Part shown: piece after piece, positions 40,182 to 51,645 of the stretch | Numbering within the stretch: the first letter of the stretch is position 1 | How the letters are laid out: every line of letters starts with the position of its first letter | From: an uncultured virus (IMG/VR IMGVR_UViG_3300033075_001711) | Lineage: Duplodnaviria > Heunggongvirae > Uroviricota > Caudoviricetes | Direction: 5' to 3' (one strand) | DNA: 64,000 nucleotides | IMG/VR virus record: IMGVR_UViG_3300033075_001711 | Made by a program: the position numbers and the translations under genes | The notes under the pieces: generated by a model | What the model was told of the DNA's origin: nothing | Seen by the model: only the letters and a program-made list of their open reading frames with translations | Database searches by the model: none

Positions 40182-43100
40182 ATGTTAGTTTGCAAGCCAG
40201 GAGATGTTATTGAAGTTACTTCATGGAATAAACTTCGGCAATATGAGGAAGCTAGTTCCCATGTTGTGAGACGTTGGGAAAGAGTGGGTCTTCATGTATA
40301 CAAGCTTAGTTTGTTTGATGACATTTCAAAAGATTACCCGTATATTCTGGTAACTACAAATGCCTGGAATAAAAGGTATCCTCTTTATAGAAAACATATT
40401 TCACATTCTATTTACAATAAACTAAAGGATTAAAATCATATGGAAATCGAAACTTCGCTTGAAAAAGTATTTCTAAAAACTTTAAATGTTTTGAGGAATG
40501 TAAATTTAGACTCATGGGTTTCTGTTTATGTTGTGGAGTTAAATTCTCATAAAGCTATTCGATTAGATATAGGAAAACAAAAACACTATCTATATAAGAA
40601 TATCCATTTATGGGAATATCATCACCAATATATTCGAAACGGACAACCAGGAGATTTATATAAAATTAGTGCAGACCTTAATCCTGTAATGTTGCTTAGA
40701 GAAATAATTCTGAACATCATTACAATAAGATTAAAACTAATTCAAGATCAGGAGATAGAAACACCAAAAAATTTCAAAAGCAGGTTTGGAAAGTTTAATG
40801 AGAAAAAGCATAAGTATATAAATGAAATAAATAATGAGTTGCCAATCCCATTTTGAAAAGGAAAATAGATATGTTAATTCATTCCAGAAATAACTCTTTT
40901 GATATTACAGAGTTGTTAAATAATCTTAACAATTTGAGATCATATGGATTTATTGTTATTAAAGGATATGAATCTCAAAATGGATCCATAGCAGATTTCT
41001 ATATTCAAGGAAAGGTTAATTATTTAAAGATTGTAGAACAATCTTTAGTTATTCTCAAGTCTTTGAATTTTCAAACAATTCCAAAGGAATTTGATCCTGA
41101 AATTGTTTCTGATAAGCTTGTGAGTTTGAAGAGTTGGATGGAGAAAACTATAAACAAAAAATCCACAAATACTAAAAATTGTTACATTGAAATAGTTCCA
41201 GGGTTGGAGATTCATAAACCAACGAATCATATTCATGTTTATGGTTTACTTGTTCCGGGTCCGGATGGAAGTCAATACACTTCTATTAAAGAACCTGAAA
41301 CAGAAAAGACAGAAACTGAAGGAAGTAAAGTTAGAAAATATCTTTTGAATTTGACTCCGTTAGGTAAATTTAGAAGATTTATTTTAGACAATAATTTTCA
41401 ATCCATTTCTCTTTTAAAGAGCAATTTTGAATCTGCTCAAGCTCAAGTAAAGGGGAAATGAAGTTGTATATTTCTAAAGGAAGATATACTAGAGAAAAAT
41501 TATTTGTTGAGTGCAGTGTCACCCCAGCAACATATATTTATATAGATGAGTTGTGTTATTTATTTGATCAAGTTTATCCTCTGAAAGAGTTGTTACAATT
41601 AATATGTTCAAACCAAACTCTTTATGCTGAATTGTTGTTGCATTTAAAAAATAATTCTACATTAGAGATTTATGGTTTGGAATATACACGGGAAGACATT
41701 TTAAATAGTATCTAGAAAAATCTTTTAGTTAATAAATACAGCCTCCTTTTTAGGAGGCTTTTTATATTTTATGGTTAAAGATTTACAGTTAGATCCTATT
41801 TTAGATGTTGTTAAAATAGCATTAGAGTTAGATGATTTGGAGCTTCAAAAAGAAGCTGTAGAGTTGCTTAAAATTAAATTAGGAAAACAATTATCCGATG
41901 ATGAAATAAATACTGTTGTAAAACAAAAAGATATTGTTTTTGATAAAGCTAGAGATGAAAGAAAAGGAGCGCATAAATATACAGATTTATCAGAACAAGA
42001 TCTAGTAAACGCTTTAATTCTATATAATAATATGGTTAAATATTATTTCCACATGAAAGATGCTGGAACAATAGAAAAAGAATATCTTCAGTTTTATAAT
42101 GATATTCGAAGTTTACAAACTATATTAGATGAATTTGCTACAGCTCTGGTTAAAGATGGAAAAATAAAAGAGGGTAATAAATTAGAGTTAGCTAGTAATC
42201 ATATTTATAGCAATCATGTCTGGAAAAAGTTTTTTGATAAAAATAAAGATTCTGAATTGAAAACTGTGGCAGTATCCGGATCATTTAAAGTCACATGATA
42301 AATTCAAGATAGGAACCGGGCTATATTTTTTTATATAAGAAGAGATGAAAGAACATAGCCTCTTTAACCTAATTCAAAGGATTTATTTATGTGGTTGGTA
42401 GATAGTGTGATTGTGAAAACTAATACTTCTGGAATTCAAAATTTTACAAGTTTAGTTACTGCTTTAAATTATGCCAAAAAAGATATGATAAATATTTCAG
42501 AAATTGTTTTTACTACAGATACCGATGAACTTTATATTCATGTTAAAGATAATAAATTTGTTATAGATAGTGTTGAAAGTATTGAAACCTCAGACTCTTT
42601 TGAAGGAGAAGAATAATTTATGAGCAAATCTAAAAATTCAAATAAAGTTAGTCCCGAAGGATTTCGTCTTAATAAAAATGGTCTTCCTATTTTAGGAAAC
42701 GATGTTCCTGTTAAACAAAAACGTAAAGTAGAGTTACTTAATGAGGGTATTACTTTCTATATGGATGCAGATAGATATGATGCTCTTTTAGGTGATGAAG
42801 ATGATGAAGATTTTAGGTATTAAATAAAATATGAGAAATACTTATAGTAAATATAAACATATAAAAATTAATTCTCTTTTTATTGATCCACAAAATAATT
42901 CTGTTTTTCAGAAATTAAGTGAAGATCTTTGTAGAGATAAAGATTCTGAATTGTATTTTGTAGATAAATTGGCTAATTGTATTGTGGCTTCTCCAGGAAT
43001 AGACCCTAGTAATTGGTCTGATCAAACAATACAATTAGCTTCTTATTTTGCTGCTGTTTTTAATCGAAACCCAAAACAAGAAAGAAATGTTTTAATTCCT

Positions 43101-43400
43101 AACCTAGTTAAAAACATAAATACCTCTGCTTCAGTTGTAACAGAATTATTGCGAGGAGTTAGTTTTTTAACTGGAACCCAGAAAAAACAATATAATGAGG
43201 CATATACATATTATATGTCTTTAAGACAAAAAGCTAAAACTGAAACAGAGAAATAATTATGCAACCTTTATTTGAAAAAGAATTTGACACATTTGAAGAA
43301 GCTATTAAATATTGTGAAAAATTGATTCAAGATAAAGACATATCTTCTTATAAAGTAGAATTAACTGTTTTTAATACAGTCATGGCATATATGTTTAAAT
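40182..43400 (+). other. plus-strand block of hypothetical genes (40182-40433, 40440-40856, 40871-41461, 41458-41715, 41771-42298, 42389-42616, 42620-42823, 42831-43256, 43259-43399)
   Basis: abutting ORFs; terminator AGCCTCCT/AGGAGGCT at 41740-41760. Confidence 0.7.
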
Positions 43401-43416
43401 GAGGGATATAGGGGTT

Positions 43417-43529
43417 TTGGCATGGGTTTTGCCTGAATGCCCACATCCGTGGTTTCAGACGATTCAGATATGAAATATATACGATATCCAGTATAGGTAT
43501 AAAAGGAAAGGGGTATCTAACCCCCTTTC
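43417..43529. repeat. module-boundary element 8
   Basis: TGGCA-N6-TTGC, core CCACATCCGTGG 43441-43452, terminator. Confidence 0.88.
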
Positions 43530-43533
43530 GAAT

Positions 43534-45205
43534 TTAGGATATAAAGGTATTTAATTGTTCTGGAGTATCTAATTCAATAACTAGTTTAATTCCATTTCCA
43601 GTTTTAGTTATTTTAGGTTCTCTAATTTTATATTTAGAAGCTATTTTTTCTTTTAAAGTTAAAAGATATTTTGTTTTTTCTGTATGAGCCGCATTTAATT
43701 TAAATGTTCTTGTTTCTTTTTTATTAAATTCCGCCTCATAGTTAGATATAAATGTTTGGATATATTCAAATAATTTTTGATCTATTTGTTGATAACATTT
43801 TATTTTTGTATCACTTTTTTCTGAAAATATATGTTTACTTTCACTACACCAATAAGGAACATTTCCGGCTAAAAATATTTCTAATGTTTTAGAGTCATAA
43901 TAAAAATATATTTTATATTTATTTTTGTTTAGAATTACTCCAGTGGTAGTTTTATATGTAAATCTTTTTTCTTCAACATATCCCTCTAAAAGTTTAGGAA
44001 ATGTATTGGATAATTCATCAAACCATAGAAATAAATCCAACATTTTTCACCTCACTTCAATCCCTTGATTTTCAAGAAAATTCAACACTTCTCTGTAAAC
44101 ATCCTCTTGCTCTGAATATAAGAGATCTTTCAGAACAGGTTTAAGAAGTTCATCTACATGGCTTGCCTTTGTGAAACATTGGCGCAGCCCATTTTGATTC
44201 ATGTGACTCAGTTCCCAAAATATGAGGTTACAGATATGAATTTGATACCTAGTTTTAAAAGAAAAGGTTAGGGTCTTTTGGATTTCAATGTTCACAATGT
44301 TACTTGACAGAATCTGAATTTTCATTTTATTTACTCCTGTTTTTGTGAGAGTTATCCTGGAAAACCATTTCTCAATTTAAGATTTTTTTTTGCCTGTTCC
44401 CAAGACTCTTGCGGCAACCATTTAATTAGGTCATGAATATGTTCACACAACATTTCCATATTTTCTAATTGATGTTGTTGAAGAGGTTCTCCGGTTTTTA
44501 GAATAGAGATTTGGCCCTGTAGTCCAGAAAAAACACCTACTATTTGATCCCTAGGAGATTCTTGTTTCCACATTTGATTTCTCATTTTCTTACTCCGGTT
44601 GACTATTTTCTGTTTGCTCTTCTAACCCGTCAATATCTCCTAAACTGCCATCGCAAGTATAGATACCATTGAAATCACATTCAGAACATTGACAATAAGG
44701 ACAAGGTTCTTTATCAAAATCTTCTAATTTCACTTCCCAATTATTGTAATGTTCGTTGAAAACTGGACTATGAATTGTGAGGTTGGAATCATTCACATAG
44801 TCCACGCCAGCAAAAAACGCACTAGCAGCTTCTTCGTGAACAAATTGCCAATATCCTACTCGCATGTATGTCTCCTTTTGTTTTTTCAACCTTCTCTATT
44901 CTAATACTACTTTTTTTGATGTTTGTCAAGTGTTAAAAACACAACAATTTCCATTCTGGATTTTGATTGAACATGAAATCATACACATTAGTATTTTTTC
45001 TGTTTTCTATTCTATCTACCTGGATTACAAAAGGGCAGTTAAATTCTCCAGACTGTTTCAGAGATTTCAGGTCAATTTTAGCTAATTTTTCCGCTTTTTC
45101 CAGAGTGTCACAACCTACATAAAAACAGGTTATGCTGTTTCGCATATCCCCAAGAGTTACACTATAACCTGAAAGATTGATTAAATTTGTAAGATCCATG
45201 TTCAA
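43534..45205 (-). other. small hypothetical genes (43534-44043, 44047-44325, 44352-44585, 44590-44889, 44933-45205)
   Basis: abutting ORFs; promoters near 44925 and 45250. Confidence 0.7.
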
Positions 45206-45278
45206 CCCTCACTCTCTACAAAGATCTATAGTATTAAAAAAGGGTTTTAGCAAGGGGTATAAAAAAATTAAATATAGC

Positions 45279-45382
45279 CCTTGACAAGCGGCTGGCGCAG
45301 CCATGTCCGTGGGCAAAGCGTATATGACATATCTGTATTGTAGTATATATCCCTAAAAGAAAGGGGTCATTTAGACCCTTTC
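45279..45382. repeat. module-boundary element 9
   Basis: TTGACA(45281), core 45301-45312, AT spacer, terminator. Confidence 0.9.
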
Positions 45383-46003
45383 CGCTATCTGAAGATTTCT
45401 ATGTTTATTTTGAATTTTAATCAAAAACCCCTTCTTAACTAAAGCATTTATATGTTCTTGAATGGTTCCTTTTGATACCTTCATATGTTTAGCTATTTCT
45501 TCATATGATGGTGAAACATTATTTTTCTTGATTTGATTCTCAATATACCTAAAAATTTCAAGTTGTTTTGGAGGTAAATTGACTTCTTTATGTTCTGAGT
45601 CATTCTCAATTTTAATTTCAGGGATTGAGCACACTACGGGACACACTTTATTTTTCCAAAGTGATGCAGAATGATATGGAGAGGGATCCGGATCTGATTT
45701 CCAAAGGAAATGTTTTATTTCATTATACATATCATAACTAATTTTAGTTTTTAAAGGGACTTTTGAAGAGTTTATGCCATAATGATTCGTACTTGGTTCA
45801 AAACCAAAAGCAATTTTTTGAATTTGATTTAGAAGATTTTTAATTGCATCTAATTGAGTTTCATTAAGTTCATCAGGCAAAAAATCTGTGATACGCTCAA
45901 GATTTCCCAATTGAACCCAAATTCTGAGATTTAAAGAGTTAGCAATATTGTTGAGATGTTGTCTTGTCAAAGTCATGGTTGGCATATGTTTTTCTCCTGG
46001 CAT
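45371..46003 (-). CDS. protein with C-terminal LexA-type winged-helix DNA-binding domain
   Basis: L..KQLEIFRYI...IKKNNVSPSYEEIAKHM.VS.GTIQEHINAL.KKGFL; no peptidase S24 domain. Confidence 0.8.
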   Translation of the reverse strand: MPGEKHMPTMTLTRQHLNNIANSLNLRIWVQLGNLERITDFLPDELNETQLDAIKNLLNQIQKIAFGFEPSTNHYGINSSKVPLKTKISYDMYNEIKHFLWKSDPDPSPYHSASLWKNKVCPVVCSIPEIKIENDSEHKEVNLPPKQLEIFRYIENQIKKNNVSPSYEEIAKHMKVSKGTIQEHINALVKKGFLIKIQNKHRNLQIAERV

Positions 46004-46033
46004 ATAGGTTTAAAACGAGAGGCTAATAGCCTC

Positions 46034-46486
46034 TCAAGTCAAATCAAGTTTTTCTACAAGATCTTTTAGATCCATCAAAATATCTTGATTTTGTTCACAT
46101 TTGTCAAGTTTATTTTTTAGATTTTCCAGATCATCATACTCTTTGAGCAATTCAAGAGCAGCCTCCAATTGATTAGAATCATCCACACTATTATACATAT
46201 CATGCGCTTCTTGCGCTTCATTTTCTGTTGAAAACAGTTCCATAAGCTTATAAATAAATTTTGGGTTGGAATGTGTCAAAGTTTCAAAATCATCTACATT
46301 ACCATCAAAAAATTTCCTAACAATAGTTTCCAACCTATCCACTAAACATTCCATACTAACTTTGTTGTAAGAAGATATGTCTTCACACACTGCTTTTAAT
46401 GTGTTCATAGGGGAGTTACAAATTGGGCAGCTTTCTGAAGAAAAGAACACAACGGCATCATTATGATTTTTGCAAAACTTGTTCAT
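46034..46486 (-). CDS. hypothetical protein
   Basis: AAGGAG RBS; N-terminal C..H...CPIC. Confidence 0.75.
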   Translation of the reverse strand: MNKFCKNHNDAVVFFSSESCPICNSPMNTLKAVCEDISSYNKVSMECLVDRLETIVRKFFDGNVDDFETLTHSNPKFIYKLMELFSTENEAQEAHDMYNSVDDSNQLEAALELLKEYDDLENLKNKLDKCEQNQDILMDLKDLVEKLDLT

Positions 46487-46965
46487 GGAATTGTCTCCTT
46501 TTATTTTGTGGACTACTCTACAGAAACAAATGACAGTAGAAAATCTTCATCCATATTTTCCATGTTTCGGATTGCCTCTTTAATGTCCATCCTTGCTTGT
46601 ATTGTTGCAATTTCAATGTCTGTATTTTCTGGAACATCCACTACAATCTTTAACTCTAATCTCATTGTAATTTCTCCTCAAAATCAAATGAATTTAAAAA
46701 CCCCTAGCCCCAAACATTCACAATTTGATTCTTGTTCCTCAGAACAATGTCTGTTCCTGCTTGAGCCTTGATAAAATGAGTGCTTTGCTCCAACACCTCA
46801 AACACCCGGCTATCTCCAACAAACTTAACCTGAACGCTTTTGTTGCTCATCACTCACCTCGCTTTCATATTAGATCTATAACCCCTATATTCGCAAGGCG
46901 CAAGACCCCTACAAAGAAAAACATGAATTTTGTTTTTTAGACCCCTTTTGTAAAACACCCATTTT

Positions 46966-47024
46966 TTGGCAAGCTTTTTGCCTCAACGCCCACGGACGTG
47001 GCCCGGCTGGGCCGCTTGTCAAGA
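46966..47024. repeat. module-boundary element 10
   Basis: TGGCA-N6-TTGC, core CCACGGACGTGG 46990-47001, inverted TTGACA 47017-47022. Confidence 0.9.
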
Positions 47025-47060
47025 GATTTATTTTATTATAGAAAAATAAAAAAGGGGTTT

Positions 47061-48290
47061 TTACACCCCTTCCGTTTTCTCCCATGTTATCTTACAATTC
47101 TTCATTAAAGTTTGTTTGATTCCCATATATTCATCTTTATGGTCTTTAACAATACCTTTCAATAAAACTGGTTTATCTTGAGGGATCGGAGGTTGTTTCT
47201 TACTAGCAAACCACGCAATTTCATCTTTTTCATTTGCTATAAATTTATAAAGATATGAGGTTCCAAATCTAGTATCTATTACTTTTAACCCAACATACAT
47301 ACAAGGAATAGTAATTTTTTCTTTTATGGTTCCAATATATTCAGATTCCCCTTTAGGTTTTAAAAGTTTTTGTTTAGTGATTTTTTCTTGCATGTTTCTA
47401 TATGATGGGATAACAGATACAACATATCCTAAACCTTTAAAATCAATTTCTTTTTGAGAAATATATGATTTAAGGTTCATGTCATATTCGGATCTAATTT
47501 GTTTTGACATTACATATGAAATTAAATCCTCAACTATTTTAGAATCCCCTTGAATATACATATCCATGTTAAAATCTTCTACAAGGTTTTTAGAAAATTT
47601 TGTTTTTTTATTGAAGCAGATGTGACAATATAAACAATTCAAAGCAGATTTTGTAGAAACCTCTTCTGAATCTGCTTTCAGATATGGATTGTTAGTTAAC
47701 CAAACCCAAGTCATCCAAAGAAGTGTTTTAACATTATAATAAAGTTTACTTTTGAAATACTCTGACTCATAACTTTCATCTTCTTTAATCTGTTCCTCAT
47801 AAATATATGAAATGTTTTCAAGAAAATCAATTGAGTTTGCGCCACCAGGAACATAATTGGTTAAACAATCCCCACCAACAGTGTAGGTTTGATTTGTGAT
47901 TTTATCTAGTATAATGACATACTGTTTGCGGAAACGGTTAATATTACAATGATCACATTTTATTTCTCGTGTAAAATAGTTTGTTAAATCTTTCCCAAAT
48001 GCAACAGTCTTTACAGTTCGCCCATCTAAAAGAGAAGCGTCTTTGTCAGAAATAGCATTTTCAACAATTCCTAAAACCTCAAAACCAGGATTTACTAAAT
48101 TAGACATATCAGGAACTGTCATTTCAATTTGGGATGAAACTTTTCCTAATGCGTCTGTATTAGTCTCAATAGTTTTTATTGTTATGGGAGAAACATTAAA
48201 TTTTTTACAGAGTTTATTTAAAAGCTGAATTTTTTTTTCCAGCAATAAAAGAGTGTTGTAATCTACTGTTCTAGAAATAACTCGTAACAT
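47061..48290 (-). CDS. conserved phage protein with Zn site and C-terminal OB-fold-like region
   Basis: CDHC..NR.RK...VG.DCL; SEYIG...T.FG...LYKF...WFAS...KG.VK.H..EY.G.KQT....C; start taken at ATG 48290 after AAGGAG. Confidence 0.7.
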   Translation of the reverse strand: MLRVISRTVDYNTLLLLEKKIQLLNKLCKKFNVSPITIKTIETNTDALGKVSSQIEMTVPDMSNLVNPGFEVLGIVENAISDKDASLLDGRTVKTVAFGKDLTNYFTREIKCDHCNINRFRKQYVIILDKITNQTYTVGGDCLTNYVPGGANSIDFLENISYIYEEQIKEDESYESEYFKSKLYYNVKTLLWMTWVWLTNNPYLKADSEEVSTKSALNCLYCHICFNKKTKFSKNLVEDFNMDMYIQGDSKIVEDLISYVMSKQIRSEYDMNLKSYISQKEIDFKGLGYVVSVIPSYRNMQEKITKQKLLKPKGESEYIGTIKEKITIPCMYVGLKVIDTRFGTSYLYKFIANEKDEIAWFASKKQPPIPQDKPVLLKGIVKDHKDEYMGIKQTLMKNCKITWEKTEGV

Positions 48291-48389
48291 TGGATTCTCT
48301 CCTTGTGTAAGATACCTAAAGACACTAATAGTATCTAAAAAATCTTTTGTCAATAACACTAATAACTAAAAAAATACTTCTTTATAGCT

Positions 48390-48492
48390 ATTGACAAAAG
48401 TGCAAACACCCACGGACATGGGACAAAGGGCATATCTATTATATCCTTTGTCTGATATAGGTATAAAAAGAAAGGGGGTCGGATACCCCCTT
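48390..48492. repeat. module-boundary element 11
   Basis: TTGACA(48391), core CCACGGACATGG 48410-48421 (flipped), AT spacer, terminator. Confidence 0.88.
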
Positions 48493-48494
48493 CT

Positions 48495-49001
48495 CTAAGC
48501 CCCCACAAGTTCAGGCGTCGTTTCAGAATTTTCTGTATCAGATTCAGAGGAAGGGCTTCCTCCAAACCAGTTTGAGAAAATGTTTGCCAGAAAATTTCCT
48601 TCGGATTGAACATGATTGTGGGGGCGGCACCGTGCCCTTCCCACCCAACCCAGAGCACCCACAATTGAATTCTGAACCAAACTGAATTCCTCATTCAGAG
48701 AATTCAGAGCATCTTGCATTGGGAACCAGGAGAAATCTCGGAGGATCACATTTCCTTGGCGGAACTTAAGTTCCCCATTCTTGTTGATATCCACCTGAAC
48801 CTTTTCCCCATTCAGGTTCAGAACCAACGTAGGCTTTCCAAACACAAGAGACTTGTTCTGTTCATTGCTGTAAACATCCACGTCAAGTCTCAGAATCCTG
48901 TTTTCAACCTGAACAGCAAAAGTAGTTCCGTTTGCTCGCTTCACAATGATACCCTTAGAAACCAGAGCTTGCGGAGTATTAACCGTCTTAATTCGTCCCA
49001 T
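48495..49001 (-). CDS. hypothetical protein
   Basis: AAGGAG RBS before MGRIKTV at 49001. Confidence 0.75.
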   Translation of the reverse strand: MGRIKTVNTPQALVSKGIIVKRANGTTFAVQVENRILRLDVDVYSNEQNKSLVFGKPTLVLNLNGEKVQVDINKNGELKFRQGNVILRDFSWFPMQDALNSLNEEFSLVQNSIVGALGWVGRARCRPHNHVQSEGNFLANIFSNWFGGSPSSESDTENSETTPELVGA

Positions 49002-49284
49002 GTTACACTCTCCTTTTGTTATCTGAACTTCAGTCTCAAACCTTACTCTACTGTTATAACTCTTTTTTACTCTTTTGTCAATCCTTTTTCTTTTTTTGTA
49101 TTTTTTATTTCCCTCTTGTTTTTCAACATTTTCTTTATTTTCTTTCACACTCTCTCCAACAAGATCACTAATAGTGTCTCAAAAGAGTTTTGTCAAGATC
49201 CCTTTTTTTGTAATTTTAAAAATTAATCTATATTGACATAAACCTTTTTAAGTGTTATATGATCTAGTAATGGAGGAAAAAACC

Positions 49285-49548
49285 ATGAGTGTTTCGTTGG
49301 ATAAGTTAGTGCAGGAATTAAATGTGACTTTGAACAATCCTTTGCTGGCTTGGTCGCCAGAAACAGGTTATGTTTCTGGATGTTTGGCTCTGGACTATTA
49401 TCAACCTGGAGATTCTAAAACACCATATAGATTACAGTCAAGTTTAAAAGGTGGTTTTGAAAACATTTCTGAACGAATGTCAAAACATGATATGGAAATG
49501 TTTTTGAAAGGCGCTATTTTTGGAGCAAATAGAAAGAAGGTAAAGTAA
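49285..49548 (+). CDS. hypothetical protein
   Basis: GGAGG RBS; promoter TTGACA at 49232. Confidence 0.7.
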   Translation: MSVSLDKLVQELNVTLNNPLLAWSPETGYVSGCLALDYYQPGDSKTPYRLQSSLKGGFENISERMSKHDMEMFLKGAIFGANRKKVK

Positions 49549-49730
49549 CATGAAATTTATTCCAAGAAACCCAGAATTACCTATTTTTTCTGATTTTTTA
49601 TTAAATGTCCACAATAAATATTTCTATGATATGGCAAAACCTAAATATGACGAAAATGAAACTATCTTAGGTTGGGAAATTTTTGGGGAAAAAGAGGTTG
49701 ACACTAAAATTGAAAATACCCCTTCTTAGC

Positions 49731-49837
49731 CCTTGACAAGCGGCCCAGCCGGGCCATGTCCGTGGGCAAAGCGTATATTACATATCCCTATTGTCTGATA
49801 TACGCCTAAAAGGAAAGGGGGGTATTTAACCCCCTTC
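49731..49837. repeat. module-boundary element 12
   Basis: TTGACA(49733), core 49754-49765, AT spacer, terminator. Confidence 0.9.
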
Positions 49838-50160
49838 TCACTTCTTAACCTTACGGTTTATCTTTACCCTGAAACCCCTAACATTGTCCAGGTGAGTTGT
49901 TCGGATCATTCCACCCATTGAATAGGTAATAATCCTACCATGAAAACAAAGAACCTTTCCGTTAAGAAACCCGTCTTGAATCTGAATCATAAAATTTTAC
50001 CCCCTAAACAATTCTGACAGTGATTCGGAAATTACCCTTTAGGTAATTGAGAAACCTATCAAACCAAGAAAAGGAACCTGAACCAAGTTTACCAATAATC
50101 AAGCTATTTTCACCTTCAACCTGAACCCACATGATACCAGCCTCCGCTTTTATTAAAGGT

Positions 50161-50496
50161 CTAATCTGAAATCTTTTTTAGTATAACTTCAATTTCATGT
50201 TTAATAAAAGAAATTCCTTGTTTGTCAATTATAGTTTCTGGTAATCCTCCACTGATTTCAGAGGTTTTTTCAAAAGCATATTCCAGAATATCTTGATCAG
50301 GAGGACATTCATCTCTTTTTAATGCGGCAAAACAAACCAAACTTCTTACCAAAACATCAGAGACAGATACAACTTCATATTTAATTTGTTGGTTGTGGTT
50401 GTTTAAATCTCGGAAATAAACTGTTCGGCCAATTAAAGGGGCATTCCCTTTTGAATTGAAAAGATGTCCTTTTTCATCATACCATCGGATTATCAT
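50161..50496 (-). CDS. hypothetical protein
   Basis: AAAGGA RBS. Confidence 0.7.
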   Translation of the reverse strand: MIIRWYDEKGHLFNSKGNAPLIGRTVYFRDLNNHNQQIKYEVVSVSDVLVRSLVCFAALKRDECPPDQDILEYAFEKTSEISGGLPETIIDKQGISFIKHEIEVILKKISD

Positions 50497-50583
50497 TTAT
50501 TTCCTTTCTATTCAAACAAGATTGTCATAAATGAATTGAGCCATTTCCCCGCGCCTTTACATTCAATTCCATTTTTCCCACCT

Positions 50584-50637
50584 TTATGCTAAAGTCAATA
50601 AACGAGAGTTTAATTTATCAGGAGGTGCTCGAATCAT
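50584..50637 (-). CDS. micro-ORF MIRAPPDKLNSRLLTLA
   Basis: AAAGGT RBS; RAPP motif. Confidence 0.55.
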   Translation of the reverse strand: MIRAPPDKLNSRLLTLA

Positions 50638-50686
50638 TTATTTGTTACCTTTCTTTTAGTGTATGTTATTTATTTATTTTGAGTTT

Positions 50687-50713
50687 TTACGGCGAGTCTC
50701 GAATATTATTCAT
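50687..50713 (-). CDS. micro-ORF MNNIRDSP
   Basis: AAAGGA RBS; paralog of the next two micro-ORFs. Confidence 0.6.
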   Translation of the reverse strand: MNNIRDSP

Positions 50714-50822
50714 GTTTCATTTTCCTTTAGTTTTATTATTCTAGGTTTTTATTTTTTAAAATTTCACATTTTCATAAACCCACTTTCTTCATAATGTAAG
50801 TTGTTTATTAAATCTATTGTAA

Positions 50823-50852
50823 TTAAACCGGAGAATCTCGAATATTATTCAT
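50823..50852 (-). CDS. micro-ORF MNNIRDSPV
   Basis: AAAGGA RBS; differs from the 50687 copy by synonymous changes. Confidence 0.6.
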   Translation of the reverse strand: MNNIRDSPV

Positions 50853-50898
50853 TTAGTGTTCCTTTTTAGTTTTATTAAAATTCTTTGTTACAATGTTT

Positions 50899-50925
50899 TC
50901 AGGTCTGATCTCTTATTCTATTCAT
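50899..50925 (-). CDS. micro-ORF MNRIRDQT
   Basis: AGAGGA RBS; first ORF after the promoter at 50980-51008. Confidence 0.55.
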   Translation of the reverse strand: MNRIRDQT

Positions 50926-50979
50926 TCAACATTCCTCTTTAGTTTTTGCTCACTCACTCTTTCTCACTCTCACTCTATT

Positions 50980-51008
50980 GTTATAACCCTATTTTCTTTA
51001 TTTGTCAA
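50980..51008 (-). promoter_or_regulatory. sigma70-type promoter driving the micro-ORF array
   Basis: TTGACA-N17-TATAAC. Confidence 0.8.
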
Positions 51009-51447
51009 GCCTCTTTTGCTCCAGCATTTTCTTTTTTTCTTCTAGCTGTTTCTGTAGTTCCTCAATTTCCTTCTCAATTTTTCTGATATTATCTACCCTA
51101 TTCTCTTCTTGTAATTCTTCAATAAAACCTTTCCTATCCAAAAGAGAGTGGATGGAATCTTCACAAAATTCTTTTACTGTATCCCTCATTTTGGAAGTAA
51201 TTTCTTTATCAAAATCATCAGCTCTTTTTAAATAACATCCAGCCCAGGATAAAGTGTTTCTGGAAAGGCTCTTTCGGAAATGAATTGAGCTATAGAACTC
51301 AATTTTTCGGATTTGAAATCCTTTGTTTTCAAACTGAAACACAAAACTAATTTCATCTTTTTCTTCAATATATGCACAATGAACTGTAACAGGATGTTCA
51401 ATTCCAAATGGGGTTTTCAACAAAACTTGCATTATTTTCACCCTCAC
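50998..51447 (-). CDS. hypothetical protein with C-terminal coiled coil
   Basis: ORF behind its own TATAGATC promoter. Confidence 0.7.
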   Translation of the reverse strand: MRVKIMQVLLKTPFGIEHPVTVHCAYIEEKDEISFVFQFENKGFQIRKIEFYSSIHFRKSLSRNTLSWAGCYLKRADDFDKEITSKMRDTVKEFCEDSIHSLLDRKGFIEELQEENRVDNIRKIEKEIEELQKQLEEKKKMLEQKRLDK

Positions 51448-51524
51448 CTTATGTTAGATCTATAACCCCTATTTTTAGATTCCGCAAGGGGTAACTAAAA
51501 TTATAAAAAATTTAATCCTACCCT

Positions 51525-51638
51525 ATTGACAACTAGTCGAAAGCCCCACCTCCGTGGTTTCTCAGACAATGGGTATATTTGATATAAATATTGTCTGATA
51601 TAGGTATAAAAGGAAAGGGGTTATAATGACCCCTTTTC
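51525..51638. repeat. module-boundary element 13
   Basis: TTGACA(51526), core CCACCTCCGTGG 51546-51557, terminator. Confidence 0.88.
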
Positions 51639-51645
51639 AGAATCT

